This document shows, one piece after another, positions 37,173 to 48,979 of a DNA stretch of 64,000 bases (positions within the stretch are counted from its first letter, which is position 1; every line of letters begins with the position of its first letter). The position numbers and the translations under genes are program-made. The notes beneath the pieces are model-generated. The model did no database searches and was not told the DNA's origin. It saw only the letters and a list, made by a program, of their open reading frames with translations. Source of the DNA: Podarcis gaigeae (taxonomy: Eukaryota); assembly GCA_964106915.2 (NCBI GenBank), contig OZ066918.1; one strand, given 5' to 3'.

Positions 37173-37331
37173 ATGGAAGATGAACTGAAGATGGAGAGTC
37201 AAAAGCTTGACCAAGATCAAGGTCCCTTTGTGGCGGATGAATCAAGTCAACAGCCATTGTGCCAGGAAACCTCTTCCCCCAAGCTGTCTGTGACTGAACT
37301 GAGTAGAGAGTTGGACTCCAAGAGTGAGCTG
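37173..37331 (+). CDS. VPS8: VPS8 (CORVET subunit) coding exon 1
   Basis: MEDELKME...RELDSKSEL|gtaag; acceptor at 37157; joins in frame to IDDKEFDIPQ. Confidence 0.82.
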
Positions 37332-37787
37332 GTAAGACATTGCTGCCTGTCTTTTGTCTAAAGAATGAATTGTTACTGTCCTTCATTATACATTATACAT
37401 TGTTATGTGCTACTTTTTGCTTTTGTAGTGCTAGCTAATCAGGATTAAAAAAAAAAATATGTTGCAGGTGATAGTTTCAAGTTCATGGCATAACAACCTC
37501 TTTACACATGCACAAAATAATTTTATGGGAGTTTTATTTCTTCAGATTTTTGGATTGGGTCATACATTAATATCTTGTTTTGTTCATGTAGTTGCAGTGG
37601 GTTGGTTCCAGAGAAGTGTAGTCAGGACTCCACTTGGGAAACAGGGCTTTCCTGCCTCCTCAGACTCCTTGTGCTTCCCCAAAAAACCACTCTTGGAGTT
37701 AGAGGGACTCTGGAATAGTATGGGATGTGGTGCCGGAAATGAATACACTTTCAGAAGCTTGCCAGAAATTTGTCACAAGCATGCTTA

Positions 37788-37790
<3 letters not shown>

Positions 37791-37826
<36 letters not shown>
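37791..37826. repeat. (CA)n microsatellite
   Basis: Direct reading. Confidence 0.95.
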
Positions 37827-37828
<2 letters not shown>

Positions 37829-39320
37829 TTGTATCTCCTCTAACTATAGGGAAAGAGGCATTGGTTTGTGGCCAGAGTCCTTTTTTAGCATGAGAAATCA
37901 AGTTTACAGTGCTTTACTTCACACACTGAAAAGTATTAGACAAACTGCAGAGTGACTGGAAGTCATCTACTGTACTGTGTCATCTATTATCTGTTCTAAG
38001 ATGCTGTGTCTAGTATGTTTTGGGCTGCTTTTGCAGTTGAATGGGTAGATTTGTTACATCATGTGGGTTGTTCTGTTGTCTTATTTTGATGTGGATGAAG
38101 ATGGCTGAGTGCTGGAAGATTAACACTCCCCCCCCCCCCATATAAGTCCCAGACAATCCTAAAATGAAAGGGGAAAAGTGGGGACTGTAACATTAATTAA
38201 AATGCTCTTAAAGCAAATAGGAATTGAGGATTTGGAGTTTTCATTCGGGGGGGGGGGGAGTTTTCAGACAAACAATAATTATTGTGAGTACAGACTTCCT
38301 TCAGTCATAACAGTTCCCAAAGTGGCTTTCAGTGAACCAAAGCTAAAAACAGTTCTCAAAATAATAAATTGCTTAAAGGACCAGAAGGTGGCACTGGATG
38401 TATGCATTATTATACCTTCTTCCACTCCCAGATATTACGACTCAGGAGTAGGGACCCTGTGGCCTGCAGGCCAAACTTGGCCCATAAGGCTGTTTCTCCC
38501 AAACCACACCCACTTGCCCCACACCTGATAATCATGTGACAGATAGCTATGCAACTGACAGAGCACAATCAGGAGCCTTATAATGCTCTCCTGGTTGTTC
38601 AGTGACAAAGGAAAGCAGGTTTTGATTCTACTGTCCATTGGCTGATGGACTCTAGTGCCAAAGCCTCCTGGATCAGCTGCATATGGTGCTTTGAAGTCCT
38701 GACTTCAGAACTTCAAAGCATCCAATCACTTGACATCATTGTGACCTAAGGTGTTTGACAGCTGGGCAGTCTCTCAGGGTCTGTGATCCCTGTTCTAGCT
38801 GCTCTCTTAACCCCTTCATACCCCACTTTATGCATCTCTTAGGGGCATTCAGATGCAGACTTTTGGAAGTGCTTATACAGCAGCTAAACAGGGATTGACA
38901 ATTTGAGCAATGGAGACTGCAGTTCCAATTCCTAAAGTGCCATCCTGCTGCAGCAGAGGAGAAAGACGGACATGGTCATCCTTTTTCTGGTTCTCACATT
39001 CAGGCTTTGGTGTTTTCATTACCAGAAAGTCCTGGGTTTTATGTTGTGTTTATGATCTGTGCGTTTTTTGTTGCACATATCTGGTATTTACATGGTTTAC
39101 ACTTTTGTTCAGCCCTAGATCATTACATTGATCAAATTCCCAATTTTTCGGAGTGTGTGTGTACAGTAGCTCCCAATTGAAATTTTCCTTTTGAAAGCAC
39201 CGATTTTCAGAAAAGAGCACCCAGGGAAGAGTGATTAGGAGCATGAAGCATCTCACTGTCAAAAGTGGTCAGCCAACATCTTCATGATGAAGCTTAAAAA
39301 TGTTTCTTTTTTTGATATAG

Positions 39321-39389
39321 ATAGATGACAAGGAGTTTGATATTCCTCAGGTTGATACTCCCCCAACACTGGAAAGTATTTTAAATGAG
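39321..39389 (+). CDS. VPS8: VPS8 coding exon 2 (IDDKEFDIPQVDTPPTLESILNE)
   Basis: AG/GT boundaries; matches human VPS8. Confidence 0.93.
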
Positions 39390-39777
39390 GTGAGTTGAGC
39401 AGGGTAGTACAAAACCCTTATTTGCACACTATGCTGGAAGAGCAAAATGCAAATGTGCAATTGCTCACAGACTAATTTATCATAACGTGACACTGCTCTT
39501 AAACTACCTTGGAAAATGGGACCAAGCTCCTCTAAAAATTGGCAAAGCTGTTTAATTGGCATTGTGTGTTCTTTTCTCTCTGTGTGTGCCTTTCTGAACC
39601 CACCAGTAGGATTTTATTCAGCAATCTTTGAGCAAAGTCTGTCTTTCATCCCTGTCTAATACCATGCCTAACTGGCGCCTGGCAACCCCAGGCAGTACTG
39701 CTGTAAGTTACATTAGTGCATTGCAAGGCTGGATATAGCATGGTTGGCCAGCTATGTTATTTCTGTCTCTTTTTTAG

Positions 39778-39908
39778 ACTGATGATGAAGAAGAGCCATT
39801 TGTTCTTGAGGATCCTTCCCTTCTAAATATTGATAACATTGACACTCACTCATATGATACTTCATCTGTAGCAAGCTCTGACAGCGGCGATAGAACACAC
39901 CTGAAAAG
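39778..39908 (+). CDS. VPS8: VPS8 coding exon 3 (TDDEEEPFVLEDP...SSDSGDRTHLKR)
   Basis: AG/GT boundaries; phase consistent. Confidence 0.93.
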
Positions 39909-40306
39909 GTAACTCTTTGTGGGCAAATGCCTTGATGTGGCTCCTTTGTGATCGATGCCATCACTGACAGTCTCCAGGAACTTACTTCATAGGATTGGTA
40001 ACTTGCGCCCCACCATGGGAGAGGAGGTATGGCAGTTGCATGAGGGGGTGTAGGAAATGGCATAAGTGCCCTCCTCTCCTGTGCCACTCATGTCCTCACA
40101 GCTCCACCCCACTAGTAGCCTTCTGAGCTGACGTATCTGTGGTGTTGCACTGTTACATGTGTCATGGTAGCATTTGCATGGCTGTAGTGTATCCGGTGTT
40201 CTGCTGGCACAGTGGGACTTTAGCCCCTCATCTAGCAGTTTCTCACTATAGCACTGGGCTCTTAACTACATGTAGAGTTCTGACAGATTGTCCTTACTTT
40301 ACGAAG

Positions 40307-40400
40307 GAAGAAGAAACTTCGTGATTCTTTCTCCATCCATGGCTCTGTGATACGGCTGTCCCTTCTGAAAGGAATCTCTGCTCAGATAGTATCTGCAGCG
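40307..40400 (+). CDS. VPS8: VPS8 coding exon 4 (KKKLRDSFSIHGSVIRLSLLKGISAQIVSAA)
   Basis: AG/GT boundaries; phase consistent. Confidence 0.92.
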
Positions 40401-40546
40401 GTAAGTAGCTTTTCTCCACTGAGGCAGATGAGCAACATGAGCAGTACACAAGTCGGAAGAGACAATAGTTAGGTGGTACACTTACGATATTCATGCAGCG
40501 GGTAGAAAAGGATAAACATGAAGTTTGTTTTCCTAGTCTACAACTA

Positions 40547-41617
40547 CAGTGGTGCCCCGCAAGACGAATGCCTCGCAAGACGAAAAACCCGCTAGACGAA
40601 AGGGTTTTCCGTTTGCGAGTTGCTTCGCAAGACGAATTTCCCTATGGGCTTGCTTCGCAAGAAGAAAGTCCATAGGGAAATCTCCAGGGACCTCTTTTAA
40701 ATGCTGGCGGTGGGGAGCAAAGACCTCTTCTGAAGGCCGGCGGGGGGCGAAAGTCTTTGTTCCCCCCCGCCTGCCTTCAAAAGCCGTCCGGGATACCGGA
40801 GAAACGCGCTGCGTTTCTCCGCTCTCCCGGGAAGGCAGGCAAGGGGGAGCAAAAACTTTTGCCCCCCGCCGGCCTTCAGAAGAGGTCCAGGACCTCTTCT
40901 GAAGGCCGGCGGGGGGCAAAAGTTTTTGCTCCCCCCCGTCTGCCTTCAAAAGCCGTCCGGGATAGCGGGAAGCGCTTCCCTGCTATCCCGGACCGCTTTT
41001 AAAATGCTGGCGGTGGGGAGCAAAGCCTTTCCCCCCCTCCGGCCTTCAGAAGAGGTCCAGGAAGGCCGGCGGGGGCCGAAAGGCTTTGCTCCCCACCGCC
41101 AGCATTTTAAAAGCGGTCCGGGATAGCAGGGAAGCGCTTCCCGCTATCCCGGACGGCTTTTGAAGGCAGACGGGGGGGAGCAAAGACTTTCGCCCCCCGC
41201 CGGGCTTCAGAAGAGGTCCCCCCCGCCTGCCTTCCCGGGGGCTTTAAAATCGCCCTGGGACAGCGGAGAAGTCCTCCGCTGTCCCGGGGCGATCTTAAAA
41301 TGCTGGCAGGCAGCAGCGAAGCCTTCACTGCCGCCCGCCAGCATTTTAAAAAACCCCGGGACAGCGGAGGACTTCTCCGCTGTCCGGGGCGATCTTAAAA
41401 TGCTGGGGGTGGGAAGAAAAGCCCTTGCCCCCCCCCAGCCTTCAGAAGAGGTCGGGGGACAGACTGTCCCCGGGCCTGGTCTGAAGGCGGTTTCCATAGT
41501 AACGCATTGATTGATTTTCAATGCATTCCTATGGGGAACCGTGCTTCGCAAGACGGAAAACTCGCAAGACGAAAAAACTTGCGGAACGAATTAATTTCGT
41601 CTTGCGAGGCACCACTG
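40547..41617 (+). mobile_element. Long pogo/Tigger-type MITE (family A) with GC-rich modular palindromic interior
   Basis: Same TIRs and TA TSD as the 270-360 bp copies, with about 800 bp of internal repeats. Confidence 0.85.
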
Positions 41618-42297
41618 TAACTGGGATCTAGGGATTTGGATATGCGGTCAAACACACTCTTCCACTGCGTCATGTTCTGTTTCTATTATTTATTTCTATT
41701 TATTTTATTTCATAACATTTATGCACCGCTTGATTTGTAAAAAAAACAAAAACCCTCAAAGCATTCTAGTGTTGTATCTGACTGTCATGTGGGTTAAAAA
41801 GAGCTCTGCTAAACTCGCTGGTGTTAGTTTGAGAATCCTGAAAAAAACCGATTCTCTGGGTAATTTTAGGACTGGGTGTGAGCTCCTTTTAACTCCATAC
41901 TGGTGATGGTCACACATAATGGCAAACCGAGGAGGAGGATCCTTCTAGCCCCTGCATTTTGTAGCTTTGGGGTATTTTCCATCTGTGGAAAAAGCAAAAT
42001 CCACTCTGGAGTGAGCAGAACCCTTTTCTGCGCAGTCATAACCTGATGAATTCCCATATGGAATTAATTTGGTTGTGGGGGGTGTTTGAGTCAGAGCTTC
42101 AGCTTCTTAATGGCAAGTGTAGGCTTAGGTTTGAACCAATGACCCTCAAGAGCCTTCCATCTCTACAATTCTATGATTCTGTTATTTCAAATGGCAAGTT
42201 GGGAAGCCTCACATGATTATATCTGACATGCAGATTATTTTGTGTTTCACACTTATGATTATTGATGCCAGTTGCATAATATATCTTTCTCTTTTAG

Positions 42298-42330
42298 GCC
42301 AAAGTGGATGCTGGCTTACCCACTGCAATT
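42298..42330 (+). CDS. VPS8: VPS8 coding exon 5 (AKVDAGLPTAI)
   Basis: 33-nt exon, AG/GT boundaries. Confidence 0.92.
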
Positions 42331-43472
42331 GTAAGTTTATGAATAATTATACAATGCTTGTTTCATTTTTGACATTCTTAAAGCCTTGCTCCTAGATACA
42401 GTATTTTTACAGACCCTGTTTCTTTCCAAAAGTATTTCATTTGTATTACTATATAGAATGAATAGATGTGAATAATCCATGTAACAAAATAAAGGACCCA
42501 AAGCAGTGCACACAATCTGGTACTCCAGTAACCCTTGCAGTAGCTGTGATAAGCAACATTTGGGTGTAAAGCTAAGCTATGGATTGCCAGGCTTGGGCTC
42601 CTTAGCCATGAGAAAGAAATGGGAAACTCTTGCTTTTAATTAACCTCTTTTATCTGAGTTTGGTATTACCTGGTCAATCTGGAGTTAGCCTTAACCATAG
42701 TTTATTGAAACAACCCAACTTAAAACCATGGGGTGGGATTCATTGTTGTGCTTTGATGAATGTTTGCACAAGCCTTGCAGCTTGCCAGATGGAACATCCC
42801 CCCTCTCCTTCCCCTGTGTGCTGTTCTGAAGGTTCTGACACCTCCAGAGCCAATTTCAGGCACACAAAGAGAGTGAGGAGGGAAGCCCTGTTGCACAAAT
42901 GGAAGTCCTTATGTAGGGCTTCTGCTATAATGGGGCTCCTTAGGTTATTCCAACCCATGGTTTATGAAGTTGGCTTGTTTCAATAGGCTATAGTTAAGAT
43001 TAATCACAGTTTAGGATTTGGCTGTAATTCTAAACTATGATTACATTAAAGTGAAAATATCCTTTCTTTTCCCTTGTAGAGGCACTGGAGGAGGAAAGGG
43101 GAATAGATGAGCCCAGTTTTTGTGCACAGGCCAATGAGTAGGCTTAATGAAAAATCAGGAAGTCTAACTGCCACCTAATGTATATGATGATAATCCAGTC
43201 AGTCACCTGTTCCAATTATAAAGGTCATTTGGATCAGTTCTTTTTGTGAAATAATCTTTAATCATTTGGTCAGCAAGTGTTTCTGATATGGCTTCTTCTG
43301 AGTCCTTTATAGAAACCTATTCCATGGGTGCATAACCTTTTAGGGTTAATTTCTAGTTTCAATTTTGCATACTTAAAACATTGATAATCTGATTGCTGCT
43401 TTTGGGTTATTGCTTATTGTCTGCCTTGTTTTCAAGTGTCTTAATGCTTTCCCTTGGCTTTGCTTTGCTTAG

Positions 43473-43527
43473 GCAGCATCAAGTCTCATAGCAGTGGGAA
43501 CATCCCATGGACTGGCACTGATATTTG
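43473..43527 (+). CDS. VPS8: VPS8 coding exon 6 (AASSLIAVGTSHGLALIF)
   Basis: AG/GT boundaries. Confidence 0.92.
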
Positions 43528-44356
43528 GTAAGCAAGGGTACCTGTTGAACTACTTAAACTTCAGAAAATCACTTTGAATTTGATTTCTGTGGCATATTCT
43601 ATGTATTTTGTTACTGTATTTTGTTACATAAGTAGTACCAATATGTCTGGTCATCTGATTCAGTAAGCTTAGCAGGACGTGCTACATGTAAGTAAGTAAT
43701 GTGATGTATTTTAAAATGATGTCAACTTGCAGGCTTTCTGGATTAAAAAATAAGGTAGGGGTTTGGTTTTTTTTTTACTCGGTTCTCTGTATTGCATTTC
43801 AAGGAAGTGTTGTCTGGATATGCTGTTTTGGCCTCATGTTACAATGAAATGAATAGGCATTTTGCCTGTTGCTCCCCACCCTGCCACCAGCAGAAACTGA
43901 TTTGTGATAGCCTCTTGCTGAACATAAACATTTTATTGAGTATTTTTCCTCCCTATTGACTTCTGGCTTTTCTTTCTCTCTCAACTTTTTTCCTCATGGA
44001 CTGAGAAGGCAAAGGTATAGTATCGCTGCATCGTGCATGTAACTTGCATGAACAGATCCACATTTTAAAACTGCCACAACTATGCTCTGAATTCTGATAT
44101 GGTAGATTAAATTTATATTTATTGAAGGTATTTGTACACCACTTCCTGAAGGTCTGGGCAATATGTTCACAATGTAATTTTAGGGCATAGGGTGCAGGAG
44201 TTCATATAAAACCCTGAAGCTATTTCCTGTGCTGGGAAACTCCTCTGAAGAAGAGACAAATATTTTGTCTGTAGCTTTTAGTACATCATAGCTTTGATTA
44301 CCACTCTGGCAAGAGGTACTGGTCTTCAACCAGAACATATTCAATAACCGCCTAGA

Positions 44357-44730
44357 CAGTTACGGGGAAAAGAAAGTACACCCTCTTTGAATTCTGTGGT
44401 ATTATCAGCACGGTACCAGTCACCTCCTCCTTAGCAGGTCTTAAAATTAGGTACCGTAAATGCAACCTCAGATGAACAACAACACATGACATACTACTCC
44501 GTGTCACGGTTTATTTAACAAAAATAAAGCCAAAATGGGGAAGCCGTTTGTGGAAGAACTAAGTACACCTTATGATTCAGCAGCTTGTAGAACCACCTTT
44601 AGCAGCAATAACTTGAAGCAATTGTTTTCTGTGTGGCTTTATCGGCTTCTCACTTCATAGTGGAGGAATTCTGGCCTGCTCTTCTTTACAATGTTGCTTC
44701 AGTTCATTGAGGTTTGCTGGCATTTGTTTG
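44357..44730 (-). mobile_element. Tc1-like transposon end (IR/DR type)
   Basis: cagt-initiated terminus with two direct repeats aagtacacc (about 44374 and 44561), followed by accacctttagcagcaataact...tggaggaatt, typical of Tc1 3' ends. Confidence 0.65.
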
Positions 44731-44898
44731 AGGAAACTGGCTGCCTGCCACCTCTGACGGTGTTATTGCTTTTCCCACCTGCCTTTCCCTCTTCTTCCAC
44801 CATCCGTCTGGTGGACACTCTTCTCTCCAGAGGCTTTGGCAAGGTGGGGGCGATCCTGAACCTCACAGCTAATTAAAATGATAAGGTTGGGATGTCCT

Positions 44899-45240
44899 TA
44901 AAGGTTAAGGGACCCCTGACCATTAGGTCCAGTCACAGACGACTCTGGGGTTGCAGCGCTCATCTCTATTAGCTGAGGGAGCCGGCGTACAGCTTCCGGG
45001 TCATGTGGCCAGCATGACTAAGCTGCTTCTGGCGAACCAGAGCAGTGCACAGAAACGCTGTTTACCTTCCCGCCAGAGCAGTACCTATTTATCTACTTGC
45101 ACTTTGACGTGCTTTTGAACTGCTAGGTTGGCAGGAGCAGGGACCGAGCAACGGGAGCTCACCCCGTCACAGGGATTCGAACTGCCAACCTTCTGATCGG
45201 CAAGCCCAAGGCTCTGTGGTTTACACCACGGTGTCACCCT
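44899..45240 (-). mobile_element. Sauria SINE
   Basis: Reverse complement of the consensus seen elsewhere in the window. Confidence 0.88.
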
Positions 45241-45262
45241 CGTGAGATGTCGTTATGGTTAA

Positions 45263-45371
45263 GCAGACTTTCAGAACACAAGTTAATTGGCTGAATTTGC
45301 TTAACCATAAGGATGGGATGTCCTTATGGTTAAGCAAAATTAGCCAATTAACTTGTGTTCTGAAAGTCTGC
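45263..45371. repeat. 51-bp inverted repeat with 7-nt loop
   Basis: 45263-45313 pairs with 45321-45371 with 2 mismatches. Confidence 0.9.
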
Positions 45372-47555
45372 AGTAGGGATGGGTGAGGGCATTCCCCACC
45401 CCTCTGGTACATCTGACTGGGTTGATTCCTGGGTGAAAGCCAGAAACAACTAGGAAGGGTGTGCATGTGCCTAACCCAGCCTCTTGGTGAGAGATGGATG
45501 ACTAGTGAAGGGTGAAGAGCACGGAAATCATTCATGGGTACATTCGCAGGATGGGTGGGTGGGCAATGTGAGATTGAGCTCTCCCTTTCTGTGGTGGTCC
45601 ACCATTTGTGGAATGCCCTCCCTAGTGAGGTGCATCTGCTCCCATCATTAATTTTCAGAAGGAATTTGAAAACATTTTGGTTTACTTAGGCGTTAGGTGG
45701 CTGAAGGATACCTCTTCCTGGTAACTCTGAAGTGACTGGATAAAATAATGTTTTTAACTTTAACTTTTCTTGGAAATTGTGGATGTGTTTGCTGCATTTA
45801 TATAAATGAATGAATGAATAAAAACCTCGATGATAATAATAATAATTAATAATACTTGAAGCAGAGATATAATGTGTGGGAAATGATGATTTGATTTTTA
45901 TGGAGCATGCTCTGTGGTAAATACAATTAATTAACTTAATTCATTTATTAAAAAAAATTATATACAATTTCCTCACAAAACATTAGGGGTGTGTACAGCA
46001 ACAGAAAAAACTTAAAAGCAGTACAGAGCAATCATTAAAGTGACTGGCTACCCAAGGAAATTTTAAACTGCATAGGCCTGTCAGCATGTGTTTGGCCCAT
46101 ACTTCCTGGATTTATTTTTTAATGTGTGGTGTTTTACTGTGTTGCAACAGTGTAAATGAATCCGGGTTTTGTTAAATGCTGTTTGTTCTTAATAATTACA
46201 AATAATAGGTAATAACATATCCTTCCACTACAGACTTTATGCATTCACAAGGTTGCAAAACATCCTGTTCACAACCTATTGTTGTATTGACATCCTTCAA
46301 AGATCAGCGTATGAATTTTTTTATTTTTCAAAAGAGTTTGAAGCCATATACCTAATTTTTACTTCCTCTAATCCATTTTTAAAGTAGCTGCTGTTGTATT
46401 AAAAAAGAAAGTTTGACAATATTTAACATGCATATAAGTTTAAAATACTTGGGCATAAACCCAAGTTTGATCACATTAGTATCATGTACTGAAAATGGAT
46501 AAGAAACTTCACTCAAGTAGCCTTGGGACACTTACAGTTTTTGACTAGAGAGTCTAACCAGTTTCTAGAGAGCTGCTGAACTAAAATAAGGAAGGTGTTT
46601 TTCCGCTCCCTTCCTGTTTGAATAACTGTCTATGCCATATCACAAACTAGGTGTGAGATGAGGATTGTTGCAATCTTTAGTTTGGTGATCTTCATTCTCA
46701 TATATTTGTGTGTATGTAATCTTGCTTCCAAACGGGTGTGGGGTTCAGTGGGAACTGCTTATCTTGACCTATAGGATTTTGTATTTTTCATTTAAAAAAA
46801 AATATTTTTTACATAATCTGTGATGGTGCTAGTGGCAACAGCAGATATTGTCCATTGGCAGCCTGATACCAGGTTTGTGACCTTGAAATTCCCTCAGTGC
46901 AATGTGCTTCTATGGCATTTTGGGAGGAAAACGTGGAGGCCATAGCAAAATAATTTTCTGTTCTATTCTTCCCCTTAAACTTTTAAATGAGGCATAGATT
47001 TTATTCTACTCTCCATTTTTCTATTATTCTCTAGCCTTTTTGTATTAAATTTCTAAAATAGAATCTTTCTCTTGAAAGAACTGAAGTGTTTTGTTACGTT
47101 ATCTCTTGACTTTATTATTGACCTGCTTCTGTCTCCTTTCTTCTTGCTGCTGCAAATAGTGCTATTTTCTTTTTCTTTTTTATGTGTTTTGGGTGTCATA
47201 GCTCTTCACTGTTAGAATTTTAAATTCTGTCTTTAAAATCACATAAGCGGTTGCTCCTCATTTTTCACTCTCCACAAAAGCTTTCTTCACCTCCTCCTCC
47301 TGGTGATTTGTAAGCATGTTATGCCCAATTTAGGTGTCACAAGTAATCATGATTATGCAAACCCGGAAAAGAAGGATGAGGGTGAGAGACCACGGTTTGT
47401 TGCTAGTTCTCCATATCATGGGTTGAATGATTGAAAATGTGATGTCTGAAATGAGCCAATTCATGATGTGTAGAATTACTCTTGATTCTAGGATGGATGT
47501 GCTGATCTGTGGTGTTGATGTACCCATATGTTAACTAGGCATACTTTGTGTTTAG

Positions 47556-47680
47556 ATCCTAACCAGGCTCTTCGGCTTTGTTTGGGCAGTACCGCAGTTG
47601 GAGCACAGTATGGGGCTATATCTGCTCTTAGCATCAACAACGATTGTTCAAGACTTCTGTGTGGTTTTGCAAAAGGACAG
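47556..47680 (+). CDS. VPS8: VPS8 coding exon 7 (DPNQALRLCLGST...LLCGFAKGQ)
   Basis: AG/GT boundaries. Confidence 0.95.
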
Positions 47681-48213
47681 GTAAGGTTGATATGTTCCAT
47701 AATACTGTGCATGCTTACTCAGAAGTAAGTCCAGCTGTGTTCTGTGTACCCCAAGGTAGATGTGCAAACTCAGGGGTTACGTTTCAGTGAAATCGGGTAA
47801 AGTGTGGAGCACCCTCTCAAAACGCCCTTTAAATTTCCTCTCTGCTGTTCTCTTTTCAAACCATACCAAAAACACTGTATCCAAAAATATCCACGACTAG
47901 AATTGAAGCTCTGGGGCTGACAGGAGGCTGGAGGCTGCATGCAAAATCTGCTGCGCCACCCCGCACACCAGCTATTAGGCGGAGAGGCTGAGCAGTGTAA
48001 ACAAAGCCCCGTTGCACCTTCAGTCTCTTTGGGGCTTCCTCTGCCTTCACTGTCATCCTCTTTGGGCTCCAGGGAGGGTCTCCTCATGAGCTCCTGCCAT
48101 TTCTGGGTTTGAACTGAATTATTTTATTATTTCCCAGCACCACTCGTGTATGTGGTTGTGTGTAAGTGAGGGGACACCTGTAATCAATGGCTACTGGTTG
48201 CGATGGCTTTGTT

Positions 48214-48453
48214 CCAGTGTGGTGTAGTGGTTAAGAGCGATAGACTCATAATCTGGGGAACCGGGTTTGCTTCCCCGCTCCTCCATATGCAGCTGCTGGG
48301 TGACCTTGGGCTAGTCACATTTCTCTGAAGTCTCTCAGCCCCACTCATCTCACAGAGTGTTTGTTGTGGGGGAGGAAGGGAAAGGAGAATGTTAGCCGCT
48401 TTGAGACTCCTTCGGGTAGTGATAAAGCGGGATATCCAATCCAAACACTTCTT
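48214..48453 (+). mobile_element. Squam3-like SINE
   Basis: ccagtgtggtgtagtggttaagagcg head; same family as 25741 and 57346. Confidence 0.78.
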
Positions 48454-48946
48454 CCACCTCTGCTGTCCAAGGCAGTGTCTCTGAATTCCAGTTGCTGGGG
48501 ATTTCAAGTGAGGAGACTGCTATTACACTCGGGTTCTGCTCACAGGCTTCCTGTGGGTATCTGGTTGGCCACTATTGGAACAGAATGCTGAACTCAATGG
48601 CCCTTTGGCCTGATCTAGCTAGGCTCTTCTTATTTGGTTCTGGAGAGCAATGATTTTCTATTTACACCTTTTGTTATCTCCATAGATAATTTCTTTCTAC
48701 TGTGGCTTATTGTAGGGAGAAGCCCGATGACCCCAAATGTGATATAGATTAGCAAGCAGTACATGTATTCTATGCAGTACTTCTTTGTACTCCGTGAGGT
48801 CTTATTTTAATGCCAGAAAATTCAGCTTTTGTTTAAGTCTAGCTTTGATTTTCTCAATACAAATGTCATATGAAAGAAAACATCATCAATTTTATTTCTT
48901 TATTTTGTAAACTCTATATTTCAGTTCCTAGCAAAACTTTCAAAGA

Positions 48947-48978
<32 letters not shown>
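48947..48978. repeat. (GATA)n microsatellite
   Basis: Direct reading. Confidence 0.95.

Positions 48979-48979
<1 letters not shown>

Noticed and set aside
40291-40306. U12-type branch-like tccttact near the VPS8 exon 4 acceptor
   Set aside because: The donor of this intron (gtaactc) is not the U12 GTATCCTT consensus, and the branch match is imperfect.
40493-41551. Repetitive ORFs and a CRISPR-like appearance of the internal repeats
   Set aside because: No unique spacers or cas genes, and the genome is eukaryotic; the repeats lie within MITE TIRs.
43528-43539. Alternative downstream donor after VPS8 exon 6
   Set aside because: The second GT would shift the frame relative to exon 7.
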